Shown here piece after piece: positions 25,035-38,869 of a stretch of 64,000 bases of DNA (position 1 is the stretch's first letter; each line of letters opens with the position of its first letter). Below the pieces are notes generated by a model. The model was given only the letters and a program-made list of their open reading frames with translations. It had not been told where the DNA came from and did not search any database. The position numbers were made by a program, and so were the translations under genes. Source of the stretch: Camelus ferus (taxonomy: Eukaryota); the NCBI RefSeq assembly GCF_009834535.1, contig NC_045696.1, positions 78,742,001-78,806,000 of the forward strand, in the 5' to 3' direction.

Positions 25035-25933
25035 TGTTACACATATATTGTGAAATAATTACCACAGTAGGGTTAGTTAATACCTCCATCACCTCATATA
25101 ATTACCATTTCTTTTCTGTGGTGAGAATATTTAAGATCTACTCTCTCAGCAGCTTTCAAGTATATATCACAGTATGTTTAACTATAGTCACTATGCCATA
25201 CCTTAGATCTCCAGAACTTATTCATCTTATCAGTGGAAGTTTGTACTATATGACTAACATTTTCTCATTTCCTCCACTCTCTAGCCCCTGGCAACAACCA
25301 TTCTATCCTGTGTTCATATGAGTTCAGCTTTTTGAGATACCATATGTAAGTGATGTCATATATATTTGTCTTTTTCTGTCTGACTTATTTGAATTATCCT
25401 AATGTCCTCAAGATCCATCCATGTTGTTGAAAATGGCAGAATTTTTTTCATCTTTCACATGACTGAATAATATTCCATAGTGTGTGTGTATGTATATATA
25501 CATATATATACACACACATTTATATTACATCTTTATCTATCTTAGTTTGATAAAGATATCCCTTTGAAACCATGATTTGATTTTCTTTGAATACATACTC
25601 AGAAGTGAGATTACTAGGTTATTTGTTGGTTCTATTTTTAATTTTTTTGAGGAAGCTTCATACAGTTTTCCATAGTAGCTGTAACAATTTACATTCCCCC
25701 ATACTTTATTGATTACTATAGCTTTGTAATATGGTTTGAACTCAGGACATGAAATGCCTATAGCTTTGTTCTGCCTTCTCAGGATTGCTTTGGCCATTTG
25801 AGGTCTTTTGTGGTTCTACAGGAATTTTAGTATTGTTTTTTACATCTCTGTGAAAATTTCTATTGGAATTTTGATGGGAATTGCACTGACTTTAAAGACA
25901 GCTTTGGGGAGTATGGACATTCTAAGAATTATT

Positions 25934-25964
<31 letters not shown>

Positions 25965-26775
25965 ATTATTTTGATCCATGAGTATGACATGCCTTTCCAC
26001 TTATCTGTTTATTTCATCAGTTTTATTGTTTTCAGCAAAGATCTCTCACTTCCTTGGCTAAATTTATTCCTAAGTGTTTTATTATTTTTTGATGCTATTG
26101 TGAACAGAATTGTTTTCTTTACTTTGTTTTCAGATATTTTGTTGTTAGTGTATAGAAATGCAATTGATATCTGTATGTGATTTTGTATTCTGCAAATTTA
26201 CTGAATTTGTTAATTTAATTCTAACAGTTTTTTGGTGGAGTCTTTAGAATTTTCTGTATATAATAAGATCATATTATCTGCAAACAGAAACAGTTTTACT
26301 CCTTTCTTTCTGATCTGACTGACTCATTCCTTTTTCTTTTCTAATTGCTCTAAGATTTCCAGTACTGTGTTGAATAGGAGTGATGAGAGTGTGCAGCCTT
26401 TTCTTTTTCAGAGCTTAAAGGAAAAGCTTTCAACCTTTCACCACAGAGTATAGTGTTAGCTCTGAGTTTGTCATATGTGGCCTTTATTATGTTGAGGTGT
26501 GTTTTTTCTATGCCAAATTTGTTGAGAGTTTTTATCATGAAAGAATGTTGTGTTTTGTCAAATGCTTTTTCTGCATCTATTGGGTGATTACATCATTTTA
26601 TCTTTTATTCTATTAATACAGGGTGTCAGATTTCTTGATTTGCAACTGTTAAACCATCCTGCTATTCCAGGGATAAATCCCACTTAATCATGGTGTGTGA
26701 TCCTTTGAGTGCACTTTTTAATTTAGTTTGCTAATATTCGGTTGAGAATTTTTACATCTGTATTAATCAGGAATA
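25035..26775 (-). mobile_element. L1 (L1MA-like) with degraded ORF2 and an internal deletion
   Basis: ORF2 remnants [40 protein letters not shown] (RT region) and [32 protein letters not shown], with an L1MA-type 3' UTR at 25035-25500. Confidence 0.9.
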
Positions 26776-26999
26776 TTGTTGTATATTACTAATGGGAAAA
26801 TTAGAAGTTTTTTTTTAGTATTTTGGAATTGGAAAGTAAGTTGCAGAAAGGTAAAGATTTTTACATGTGAGATATGAACTCCTGCACAGATATTAGTAAA
26901 GAATCCTCAGGCAAATCTCCAGTAGAGGGCTCATGTGGTCCAATTCTCCCAATCTCATGTCGGGGAGAAGAGGAAAAGGAGAAGCTTACCCAGTCTGCA

Positions 27000-27370
27000 A
27001 CCGTGCTCAGTTTTCTTCTATGTCAAGGTCTTTGGACATGCTGTTTTCTCTCATTGCAATGGTGTTCCTCTGCTCCCCTTTATAAAAGTGGAACATTACT
27101 TCTCAACTTTCAGGTCTTAGAGTTAAGAAAACGTCCCCTGACCACCCTCACCATCATCCTCTTTTCCTATACATAGTCTGATTCATCCCATCTATCACCA
27201 CTGCCAACTTGTGTACTTACTTATTTGTTTACTTGTTTATTATCCATTTTCCCCACTAGGTTTAAGATCTGTAAAGGCAGCAATTCTATCTTTTTTGATC
27301 TCCTCTCTATAGTCAGTGCTCAGCATAGTGCCAGGTGCTCTGCAAGTACTCAATAACTTTGTTGATGGTT
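27000..27370 (+). mobile_element. L2 3' end
   Basis: ttatttgtttacttgtttattatcc...ccccactagg...ctgtaaaggcag...cagcatagtgccaggtgc...actcaataactttgttga. Confidence 0.75.
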
Positions 27371-29604
27371 GTGAAACGAGATACAAGTAGTTCTAGCCCA
27401 TTGCATTCACATGAGTTCATGTTACATCTCTTTATTTTTCTCAGATCATGAGGGAAAAAAAGACTAGTTTTGCAACTTAATCTCATACATTATCATCAAA
27501 GTTAAGAGAATAGAACAAGGTGACAAATGGGGCTGGGGGACTTCCTTGTTAAACTTGTTTGAACTTCCTTGTTGAACAGATATAAAAGACAGTGTTATTG
27601 CACATAAAATATAATTGTTTCACTTATAATGATAAAAGAGCATTGCCTAAATTTAAAGAAAATTAAATTTATAATGAAATAATATTTGGTTGAAAATTTA
27701 ATATAATTGTGCAGGAAGTAATTTTTAAGTAAGCACAATTTTACATTGTATAAACTGGAGCATCTAACAGAATGTTTAACAATGTTTTCATTAAGTGATT
27801 ACATTTTTATACACATACACATTGGTGTGATACTATTTATTAATTTTCCCTTGATATTTTTATTTCAAAAGCAGAATAAAGAGGCAAATAAGGGATAAAA
27901 GAAAAAAAGAATTAAGTCATGGAGGGGAAATTAGTCTAGCTTTTTGTTCTCATCCTTTATATTTCTTAGAATTCTTTCTATTCTTCACTTTTATTTGCAA
28001 ATGCAGGTGAGTGAGATTTATCAGTGGCAATATTAATTTGTACCTTAATTTCCTAATTTATCAAATTTCTGATAATTGTGATATAAAGTATGAGATGTTA
28101 CCAGGAATTCCTGACTGTGGTAGTTAGATAACAAGAGTGACTATTTTCAACAGAAGTGTCCTATTTGCAGAGAAGCCTCTTTTCACTCTGTGTTCTCTAG
28201 GTGGGAACAAAGGACTGGAACAGCACTTGCCATCCCAGGTCACATCAGCAGTACCTCCCTAAGATTCACATTGTACAATGGGAGCTCCTCAAACACAGCC
28301 CTCAGACGGTAGCAGAGAAACAATCTGAGTTTGTGTTTAGGAGTCAAGGATAATTACATCTATCCTTTGCTAAACAACTTCAATTTCCCCTGAAAACTGT
28401 AACATGAAAGCTCTTAAACTATTTTTCCATTAGTTTAAATGGGAAAATTTATGATGTGTTCTATCTTAATCCAAGGTAACCGAAGAATGTTCACAGAGAG
28501 AAAAACATTCAATTAAACAACAAAACAAGTAAATATAAGTAATATTAAAATTTTGAAAGTAAATATAGTATGTACCTGAAATGTAACCGCAACTATGTGA
28601 AATGTAACGTAACTACGGTTTATTGTACCTGCTGGTAGAAAGAGATAAGACTTGATAAAAGATGATGAATAGTAGAAGTGAGGTGAGGTGCAAGGGTTCT
28701 TCCTTCGGCAGGTGCTTTTTTTTTTATATGCTGTTTTTAAAACCATTTTTTCCCAGTCCTTTTGAGGCTCACGGCTATTTTACATAAAACTTCACTGAAG
28801 TGAAGGCTCAGACAAACAACTTTAGGACAAAGGTGTTTAGGACAAAATAAGCTCAAAATTTGAGTGCTACAAAACATGTAGAAATAGTCCAAGTTCACAA
28901 TAGAGCAAAACATCAAAGATACTACCTCTTCGTCCTTTTTGGGTATATCCAAATATAATGCATAATTCAAATTTTTCACATGGTATTCTCTCAATAAAAA
29001 ATATTGTGAAGAATAAATTGGTATGTCTCTGCCTAAAACCATAGTGTGAAAATATCAATTCATGTAAAAAATTTATTTAAGGTGTTTTGGGTTAAAAGAA
29101 AAGTTGTAATATTGAGAAAAAGTAGTTTTCTGTAAATTGGTATAACTTTTCAAGGATCTTAATAATGTAAGCAGTTGCCTGAAAAGTCATTATGTACTGT
29201 TAAGGTTGTAGTTTTCTAGTAACCTGTCTTCTCAATTCCTGTCTGGAGGAGAAAGAGAAGAAGACACCTCCTGAAGCATTCACAAGGGCCCCTGAAGCAC
29301 CTCTGCTCACATTCTTTACTAATGGAAATATGTATATATGTGTGTATGTGTATATATATATATATATATACATGTTATCTTCTCACCCCAACTGTTGAAC
29401 AGAAATTCTGCAAAGAAAATAACAATAGCAGTAAACTGAACCACATCTGAAATTGAACCATAACTTAGGTAGATTCATCCTACGTTAATTTACTGCTTAT
29501 GTTAGATGTCTATATAATGTTGACTCTCATAGTAAGAATTTCCCTAGACATGGGTAGAACCCTGGGAATTCATATTCCCAATGTTCTTAGTTAAAAAAAA
29601 AATT

Positions 29605-29755
29605 ATGTGTCATCCTATGCAAGTTACTTAATTTCTCTGTGCCTAAATTACCTTATCTGTAAAAGGGAGATGATAATATGTATTTCCCTCATAGCAGTGA
29701 TAAAATGAGGGAATACAATAAAGTTTTTAGATCTGTACCTGGCACAGATCATTAT
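29605..29755 (+). mobile_element. MIR SINE
   Basis: gcaagttacttaatttctctgtgcctaaattaccttatctgtaaaagggagatgataat. Confidence 0.8.
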
Positions 29756-30183
29756 TGTCATACTTCGTCCATCACCAAGAGCTGTTTATTTTATTTATTT
29801 GTCCACCAGAAATAAATGGTGGACAAATCCCTTTTCCTAATACTTGAATAGTTTAAATGCCTGAGTTAACTGAGGTTAGCCTCTACCTATAAAAGAACAT
29901 AGTGGTTTATGGTAGGCAAGAGATGGGGCAAGAGATCAAAATTATTGGAGTTATTGTGAATGCCCCCTTAGGACATACCTCAGGCACTGGACAGACTAAG
30001 GTAATTGGGGTACTGAAGAGGCTAAGAGCTTTAAAATGAGATTCTTTTATGAGTAAGTAAGTCTGTCTTCTGCCCTCTGGCCATCATCATGGATTATTCC
30101 TAAAACTGAAAGATGGTAATGGTCAGCCAGGGAGCATCACTTGACTCTTACCAAGCAGAGAATGGCTGATCTAGAAATTATGC

Positions 30184-30897
30184 CAGTGGTTCTCAACCTA
30201 TTATATTTAATGACTCCCCTTTCTAACAAATATTCTGTAATATTCTCTTTATCTTGTTAATATAACCTGTCTACACAATAACAAAATTAATAAATCAATA
30301 TATTTAACCTAATATAAGGGAGAAACAAAGACTACAATTTATAATAAAATAGTATGCACTTCAATATGTAAATGTTCTATCTCCTTAAATGCTAGACCAC
30401 ATAACAAAGTGGACAATTATTTGTACAGTATGCACTGTAACTGTGAATGCTGTAACCACAGATCCGGACTGATGAAGCATGTTTTAATGACAAATCAAGT
30501 CTCATAAGTAGTACTGTCATTGTGAATTTCAGCAATTGTGAACACTTAGCTAAGTCTTCCCTCAATTTACACAGTAATAGCTTTGTTGGAAATCCAGTGT
30601 ATATTAAACTTGCAAGATATATAGCTTTTAAATATATACAATTAAATTAGGTTTCACAATCAGATTGTTATTTTAAAAAAGTTTTTAATCTATGGGAACA
30701 TTTGATGGTACATTATAAGGTCTTAAGGGATTTGGGGCAATTCTTAATTGTGCAGAACATCTAACAGCCCTGCTTCCACCCAAATGAATACCATTATCAC
30801 CTACTAATCATTGTAACAAACACATTACTTGCCCCCTCTCTCCAATATTTCCAAAGACTCCCCTGGAAGGTAGTACTTCCCTTACGGAAAACCACTG
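30184..30897. mobile_element. hAT-Charlie non-autonomous element, MER20B-like, near full length
   Basis: TIRs CAGTGGTTCTCAAC ... GAAAACCACTG; internal aatataagggagaaacaaag...tttataataaaatagtatgcacttcaatatgtaaatg resembles MER20B. Confidence 0.75.
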
Positions 30898-31919
30898 ATT
30901 TGTATCCTACAGATGTCAACCACAAATACCATTAAAGGGAGTAGTAATCAGACAAGAAATATTCTTAAGAGGAGAGAAAAGTGTTAAAACAGCACAAGTG
31001 CACTGCATGAATTAAAGAATCTCCATTTTTTTTTTTCTAATTTCCAGAAATATACAGTAAGCAACACCCTACTCTATACCTAGACATTGTCTTGGAGAGG
31101 TTTCTGGGATGATGACAGATATCTGAGAAGCTAGGAATTTTTACCTAGAGAAAATAAGATCTAATGTTTAAATTATTACACAGAACTAAATTCCCCCCCC
31201 CCCCATTACACATTAGGTGAGGACTTAAGGTTTTTCAGACAGCTTAGCTGTACCCAAGAAATAGTTATCAAGACTGTAAAATACCTCAGGGAATAACACA
31301 AAGGCTAATTGCAGTATGGAGGCTACTTTGTGACCTCAGGGAGAACAATTTTCATGGACCTTTGTGTTGCCATGGGAGATATTCTTGGGAGACAAGGATA
31401 TGGAGACAAGGAAGCCTGGCTGTGAAAAGAAGAAAAATGTCTTTTCCCTTACTAATCTGCCTGTTGTCAGTGTAATCTGCAGGCCCCCAAACACTGGACA
31501 TAAGCGGATAGGAAAAATGTATTGATCTTCTCAGGCAATAGCATACTAACTAGAGGGAGATGAGATGCAGGGAGGGTTTTTTTTGTTTTTAAAGATGGAA
31601 GAAACTTGAACAGGTTTATTTGCTATGGGGAAAGGGTCGGTAGAGAGAAATGGTTGAGATAATGGAGAATGGAGTTGATCAATGAAGGGTGATTCTCCAG
31701 GATAAATGGGTAGCCATGATGAAAGAATTTCTCTTGGACTATAGCAGGGAGCAACTATGAGAATCAAACCAAAATATTTGGGGATTTGGAATCAACTGAA
31801 GGGAAAACTTGGGAATTCTTGTATTTTAATCAACATATTTAATCATTAAATTGGGATTATATTTTGAGTAAATCTTCAAGGGTTTATTAACCTAGTTTCA
31901 ATTAATTCTTCATACTTGC

Positions 31920-32440
31920 TTTTTAATCAACTTTTAAGGTATAATATACATAAATAAAATTGTCTAAATCATAAAATTGTAGCTCAGTGAATTTTCTCAA
32001 ATTGAATAAACCCTTATAACTACCATCCAGGTCAAGAGACAGAATATTACTAGCACCTCCAGAAGTCCCCTCTTGGCTTCTCTGTGGCAGTCTCCCCTCA
32101 AGGTTAATCACTACTCTGACTTCTAAATCATAGATTAGTTTTGCATGTTTTTGAACTTTATAGAAGATATGGGACTATACAATATACTCTTTTTCATCTG
32201 ACTTCATCCACTCAACGTGTTTTGAGATTTGTTGGGTGTGGTTGCAGATTCTTTATTCTCATAGCTGTATAGTATTCCACTGTGTGTATACACCCCTAGT
32301 GGATTTATCCATTCTACTCTTGATTGTCATTTAGGTACTTTCTAGTTTTAAGTATTATGCATATGCAGCACCACATGACCATCTTTGGTCTTGTCTTGGT
32401 TTATACAGTTATATATTTCAGTTGGATATAGACTTAAGAA
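31920..32440 (-). mobile_element. Old L1 (L1ME-like) 3' end
   Basis: tgtagctcagtgaattttctcaaattgaa...accatccaggtcaagagacagaatattactagcacctccagaag...ctactctgacttcta. Confidence 0.8.
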
Positions 32441-32587
32441 GAGAAAAAAATGGTAAGTTGGTTTTTCTAACTGCCAAAATATGTTGATCTGTTTTACTAG
32501 CATGGAGAAACAGTGACATCTGGTGCATAAAATAATGAATTTCAGGTTTCAATATATATTTGAAAAATTTTTAAAGAATCTATTCTT

Positions 32588-33375
32588 TTTTTTAACATTT
32601 TTTATTGATTTATAATCATTTTACAATGTTGTGTCAAATTCCAGGGTTCAGCACAATTTTTCAGTCATTCATGGACATATACACACTCATTGTCATATTT
32701 TTTTCTCTGTGAGTTATCATAACATTTTGTGTATATTTCCCTGTGCTATACAGTGTAATCTTGTTTATCTATTCTACAATTTTTGAAATCCCAGTCAATC
32801 CCTTCCCACCCTCCACCCCCCTGGCAACCACAAGTCTGTATTCTCTGTCTATGAGTCTATTTCTGTCCTGTATTTACGCTTTGTTTTTGTTTGTTTTTGT
32901 TTTTTAGATTCCACATATGAGCCATCTCATATGGTATTTTTCTTTCTCTTTCTGGCTTACTTCACTTAGAATGACATTCTCCAGGAGCATCCATGTTGCT
33001 GCAAATGGCATTATGTTGTCGGTTTTTATGGCTGAGTAGTATTCCATTGTATAAATATACCACTTCTTCTTTATCCAGTCACCTGTTGATGGACATTTAG
33101 GCTGTTTCCATGTTTTGGCTATTGTAAATAGTGCTGCTATGAACATTGGGGTGCAGGTGTCATCCTGAAGTAGGGTTCCTTCTGGATACAAGCCCAGTAG
33201 TGGGATTCCTGGGTCATATGGTAAGTCTATTCCTAGTCTTTTGAGGAATCTCCACACTGTTTTCCATAGTGGCTGCACCAAACTGCATTCCCACCAGCAG
33301 TGTAGGAGGGTTCCCCTTTCTCCACAGCCCTCCAGCATTTGTCATTTGTGGGTTTTTGAATGACGGCCATTCTGA
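32588..33375 (-). mobile_element. Young 5'-truncated camelid-type L1 with perfect 16-bp TSD
   Basis: ORF2 C-terminus ([15 protein letters not shown]...KTWKQPKCP...WYIYTMEYYSAIK), 3' UTR and A-tail. TSD taaagaatctattctt at 32572-32587 and 33376-33391; endonuclease site TT/AAGA. Confidence 0.95.
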
Positions 33376-36300
33376 TAAAGAATCTATTCTTAAGGGTAGT
33401 GTAAAGTCATAAGAATCCATATGTACAGTAAGCTTATAATTCTTGCTTCTAATATTAAATTTAATCTTAAATGTATTCATTTTGAACACAAATAATTTAA
33501 GAATAAAATTCTTGAACTGTTAGTAATTGATAGGTTAAGTAACTAAGTAAGATTAATAGATTTATGGAAGAAATGCTTTTTGATGCATAGTAATGACAAT
33601 TTTTTAATGCAAATCACTATCCTTAATATTGCCACACAGTGAAAAAATTAAAGGTTTGTGAAATATGCAATTTTCTTTCTAACCTAAACCAAAAAACCCT
33701 GCACGAAACAAAATACAAATATATAAAAATAATATGTTTATAAGGTAATAAGAAAGTAAAACTAATTTATGTATTGGAATTTTTTTGAATAATTAAGGAA
33801 GCTCTGTGTACCCTTTTGTAAACCTTTTTACCTCTGCTGTAAAAGCTAAACTTTTAAAAAAAATTATTACATTATATGATTAGGAAACATACAAGAGCAC
33901 GCTACTTTACTTTTTTGTTTGTGTATAATCTTTGTTGTCACAAAATAAATAGATGGGTCAAGTATTTCCTTTAAGGCATTGTTACACCTACAGTTTTAGA
34001 AAGATGGTACAGTTTTTTTGTTTTTTCCATTCACACTGTGAAGCTCATGAATCAAAGCTGATCACACTGAAGCTTAATGCTCTTCAGCATTTATTCCACG
34101 GATGTTTATTGTAACCTTTTATCTGCCAAGTGTATTAGCTAGTGGAGTCCTGGATGAGGTTCTTCTTTCTCCCTCTTGCCCTTCCTAAGTCCCTCGTAAT
34201 CTTCTTTTCTTTCTTTCCTCTATCTCCCTTTAGTGTGAGAGAAACCTGAATAAATTTAAATGCTGACAAAGAACTTGATCACTGGAGATGTTAAAGACAC
34301 AAGAGAGAACTGGAGTGACTGGTGAAGCAGAGAAGCAGAAAAGCAAGGACAGAAGCTATTAACTTTAAGTAAGAGCAGGAATCCTTTTTTAATTATGTCA
34401 GGGAAGAAGGAAGAACGAATGGAGGAGTGTAAAATAAAAGGAGAGTGGCAGGAAGTTGAGGAAGATTTGATTACTGTTTTCTATGAAGTAGTGATTGAGT
34501 TCATGTTCTGAAAGTGACATTGGAGGAGGTATATTGATAGTCTGAAAAAAGGTGAAGAAAGTTTGTGGTAGTAATTACTGACAACTGGAGAAAGTAGGAG
34601 TAACTAGAGGAAATAATACAGGATTTCTTAGAAGCCCTGAAGACCCAGTTGAGGCAAAAGATCTTGAATTTATAATGGTGCCAATCATCAGCAGTGCTCA
34701 TGAAACAAAGTTTAACCGGAGAGGAGGACAGGTGAATTGAGCTGGGTTGAGTTTCTTTAAGAATATATATAATAGAAGACAAATGAGCCAGAAAAATAAG
34801 GGTCTAAAGGATGAATATGAAAATATTTCATGTGTTGATGTTGATCTGAAGATAAGGGGTGTTTTACAGATAGATTACTGATAGATTTTGACAGACAGAG
34901 AGAATATTGATGATTCTTAAGTACACGGCAATTAGATAAAGTATGGTAATAAGGAAGCAGAAGAGTTGGAAGGATGAGTGAGATTAAGGCCAGAGGAAAA
35001 TTGTGAATTTATGACGTTATGAAGCATTTGAAGTGATGAGTGAGACAGGAGAGTGTGGCAAATGTGAAGTGAAAATGGAAGTCTTTGGAAGTGAGGAAGT
35101 CAATAAAACAAGGGGCAAATGTATTAGATGGACATTGGCAGATAATCAGAATAATAACAGAACTTAAGAAAGTTTGAGTGATTTAGCAAAGTCCTTGATA
35201 AATGAGGGTCAGTGATCAGGTTATTAGTTGATGAAAGTAGTGTTGGTGAGGACCAAAAGTAAGTAATTGAAAAAATTAATAATTTTCAAAAGAAGAAAAT
35301 TAACTGATTAATAAGCCTATAAAACAATGTCCAACCTTACAAACAATAAAATCACTGTAAATAAAAAAATGAGAGACTTTTTATCTATGGAATTACCAGA
35401 AATTAAAACGATCATTGTCAAGGATGTCATGAAGTAGACACTTTAATAAATGTGAGTGTAAACTATTGGAATATTTTGGAAAGTAATTTAACAATATTTA
35501 TTGACTATGTATCAGTAAACTTTGACCAGGTAATTCTGTTTCTGAGAAACTATTATAAAGGGATTTTACAAAGTAACTGCAGTGTTATTTAAAATAATCA
35601 AAAATTGAAGAAGTATCTAACAAGAGAGAAAATGCTTTTCATATAAAGTTAAGTAGAAAAGTATCTTACAATATTTTATTTACAATAGGATCAAATTGTT
35701 TAAAACCAAAACCTATGCATAAAAAAAAGAGATTGGAACAAAATATCCTAAGAAGAAGGAAAACTAATGTTTTTTTTCCTCATTTAAAAATATTTTCTTT
35801 TGTGTTTTTCAAAGTTTCTCTAATTAGTGCTTTATCAAATTTTGCTGGAGATATAAAACCAAGTTTGTTAACAGTGAAACCAACCACCAACACTATCACC
35901 AACAAAAATTCCAATGGGCTAAAAATATAAAGGAAAATTAAAATAAATGTAAAATATATCAAGAAATAAAATAAGAAAATGATCATCTAAATTAAAATTC
36001 TAATGGTATTTAAATGTAGAATTTGATATGTTGATTCTAAACTTATTCTTGAGGAGTAAATGAAACAGGAAACATATACATTGTAAAGTTTATTTTGATA
36101 AGGTCTATTTGTATATATCTTTAAAATTTTTAAATATTTAGACCCTTTGACACGCATTGGTCTCCAATCTGTCTCCTTAATTCGGTGAGATTGTTGGACT
36201 CCTTCTAGGTTTGCCTTCGCTATGCCAAAATCTGGGAATACTTCCAAGTCAGAGGTCGGGGCCATGATCGGACTCACCTCATTTGTTTTCCTTTCTTTAG

Positions 36301-36429
36301 GGATCACAGACCTGTGCCACCTGTTGTCCACTACCTGACAGTTGTTTTCTGTAATTTTTCCACTTTCTAGTTGACAGCAAAAGGTAACTCTAGATACTCT
36401 CAGAGCTGTAAGTAGAAGTCCCACCTAGA

Positions 36430-37650
36430 ATTTTAGATTCAACAAAAATATCTTTTGAAAATGAGAGAAAAATAATACATTTTCAGATAAACTGAGACTG
36501 AAAGAACTTGTTGCCAGCAAAATTTGCCACATACAAAAAATACTAAAGGACTGTCTTCAGCTTGAGGAAACTGATACCAAATGAGAATTCAGATATACAG
36601 GAAGGAATGGAGAATAGTGGAAATATGATATACATAGATAAATATAAAATATTAACTTTTATTTGTTTTCTTTAATTCTTCAAGTCATAGGCTACTTAAA
36701 AGAAAGGTAAGAACAGTATATTGTGAGGGCTATAACCCATGTAGAGGTAAATATGTGACACAATATTGCAAAGGATTGGAGCAGTGCAAGTTGAATTTTA
36801 CCACTATTTCTTACATAATGTGTGGAGTGACATCATGTTAATTCCAGAAGACTGTGATTAATTGAGGAAGCATATTGTCATCCCTATAGGAAACATGCCA
36901 AAGGTCAGAACAGAACTCCATAAAGCTGTATTAGCTAAGCAGCCAATAAACAAGATGGTATAAGATATTAAAATTTTTATTAAGCCAAAAGAGGACAGAA
37001 AGGGCAGAACAAAGAAACAAATAGCAGGTAGAAAGCAAATAGTGAGATAGTAGATTTAATCTCAGTTATATCTTTCAATTCAGAGTTAATACAATGCATA
37101 AAAAAGCAAACCCCAACTATTTGCTGTCTATAAGAGATTCACTATATAATGATAGAGACAGACTGAACATAAAACGATGGAAATACACGAGGCAAACACT
37201 AAGCATATGAAAGCTGGTACATTATATTACTGTCAGACAATATTGACTTCCAGACAAGAAGCATCATCAAGCATAAAGAAGGTCATGTTATAATTACAAA
37301 AGGGTCAATTCATCAGGAGGCCATAACAACCCTAAAGTGAATACACTTAATATTTTAAAATACATGAGGCAAAAATGGCCAGAATTAAACCCCCAAAGTA
37401 AGAGTTTTAATAATTGTCTCAGTAATTGGTAGAAGAGTAGACAAAGTATCAGTACGGATCCTCATAGAAGATTTGAGCAACACTATCAATCAACATGCTC
37501 TAAGTGACATTTATAAGCCACTATACCCAACAACTGCAGAATATATATTTCTTTCAAGAACACATGGAACATGCACTTAGATAAATCATACGCTGAATCA
37601 TAAAACAAATATTAACACATTTCAAAGTTTTGAAATCATATTCCTTGTCA
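36430..37650 (+). mobile_element. Old L1 covering the ORF1 end and the ORF2 endonuclease region
   Basis: aaaaaagcaaaccccaactatttgctgtctataagagattcac (a decayed KQDPTICCLQETH motif), aaagggtcaattcatcaggagg, tacccaacaactgcagaatatatattt. Confidence 0.8.
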
Positions 37651-38221
37651 ACAAATTAGAAAAAAATAGCAGAACAATATGATTTTATTTATGCTAAACA
37701 ATGTTAATCCAGCAAACCAATGCATTGTAAATCTACAAAAATATGCATGTATATGTATTAAAAAAAAAAAGACTGGCAGATGTAGATCAAAAGTTACTTC
37801 TTAACAAGAGAATGAGAGTGGAAAAGGGGATTAAATAGAGGCATTCATGTGTTATTTATATGTGTTTCTTTATTGTTGGATTATCTTTTTTTCATATATT
37901 ATTTGTATATTTAAGACTGATAAAATAAGTCTTATAAAGAATAAATATGTGAGGACAGCCCATAAAAGCTTTGAAGTAGAAAACTGAAGAAGGACTTGCC
38001 CTACCAGTATGAAAAATTTTTATATGGCTATTATGCTGGAGGTACAGTTACATGTAGGAAGTAGCAAAAGTTAATGGAATTGAGTCCGGTAACAAACTTA
38101 TTACATAGGAGATTTTAGTGGATAATAAAAGTAGCATTTAAAATTGCTGGGCAAAGAATGTAATTGTTAATAAATGGGGGTGTTAGAAAAGTTGCCTAAA
38201 TGCTGGAGGGGAAATTAGACT

Positions 38222-38830
38222 GTTGTAGCCAAGTGTCCGACATACATGTTTAGCTCTCTTCTGCAGGGCGCATGGTAGGATGATATTTCCTCATCGTCTT
38301 TGAAGTTAAGTGTGGCTTTGTGACTTGTTTTGGCAATGAGATGTAAGCATAAGTAGCAGGTATCGCCTCCAGGTGGAAGCAATGTCACAATATAAACTGA
38401 TTAATGTAGAAATTGGTATCTAGAATTTTAGAGATATTGTGATACCCCCCCCCAATTTTCGTGCATTGACATGGAGGCTAGGAAGCAGGTAGGAAGAAAA
38501 TTATTATTGGAAGTTGGAGTATTTCTCCATGCTCTGCAGCTGCAAAACTTACCATAAAACTATTACTCACAGTGATGTGGATGACTGATAAAGTATCTAA
38601 TAAATTTTTATCCTGGGGGAAAGGAATGAAAAACAGAATGATAGTAGCAAGTTTTGGCTGACATAGCCTAAGTCTGGCAAACTATTACAAGAGGGTTAGC
38701 TCAAATAGAGATTGCCACTTTTCAAGCAGAAATGAAATTCATAGGTTCATAATGGAATCTATAAATGTATGGATTTGCAGTGATGTAAGAGACAACTGCT
38801 TCTTAACCTTAGTTTAATGTAAATATGAAA
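38222..38830 (+). mobile_element. MaLR (MLT1) LTR 5' part joined to internal sequence
   Basis: gaagttaagtgtggctttgtgacttgttttggcaatgagatgtaagcataagt (LTR), then actgattaatgtagaaattggtatctag (start of the MLT internal region). Confidence 0.65.
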
Positions 38831-38869
38831 AATATTTTGAAAAGCAAAAGCAACTTAAAACTCAGCTTC

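Noticed and set aside
32904..33338. 144-aa ORF as a host gene
   Set aside because: It is the L1 ORF2 C-terminus within a truncated L1. The ORFs at 25537-25797 and 26350-26538 are likewise L1 remnants, and those at 10357-10795 lie within the L2.
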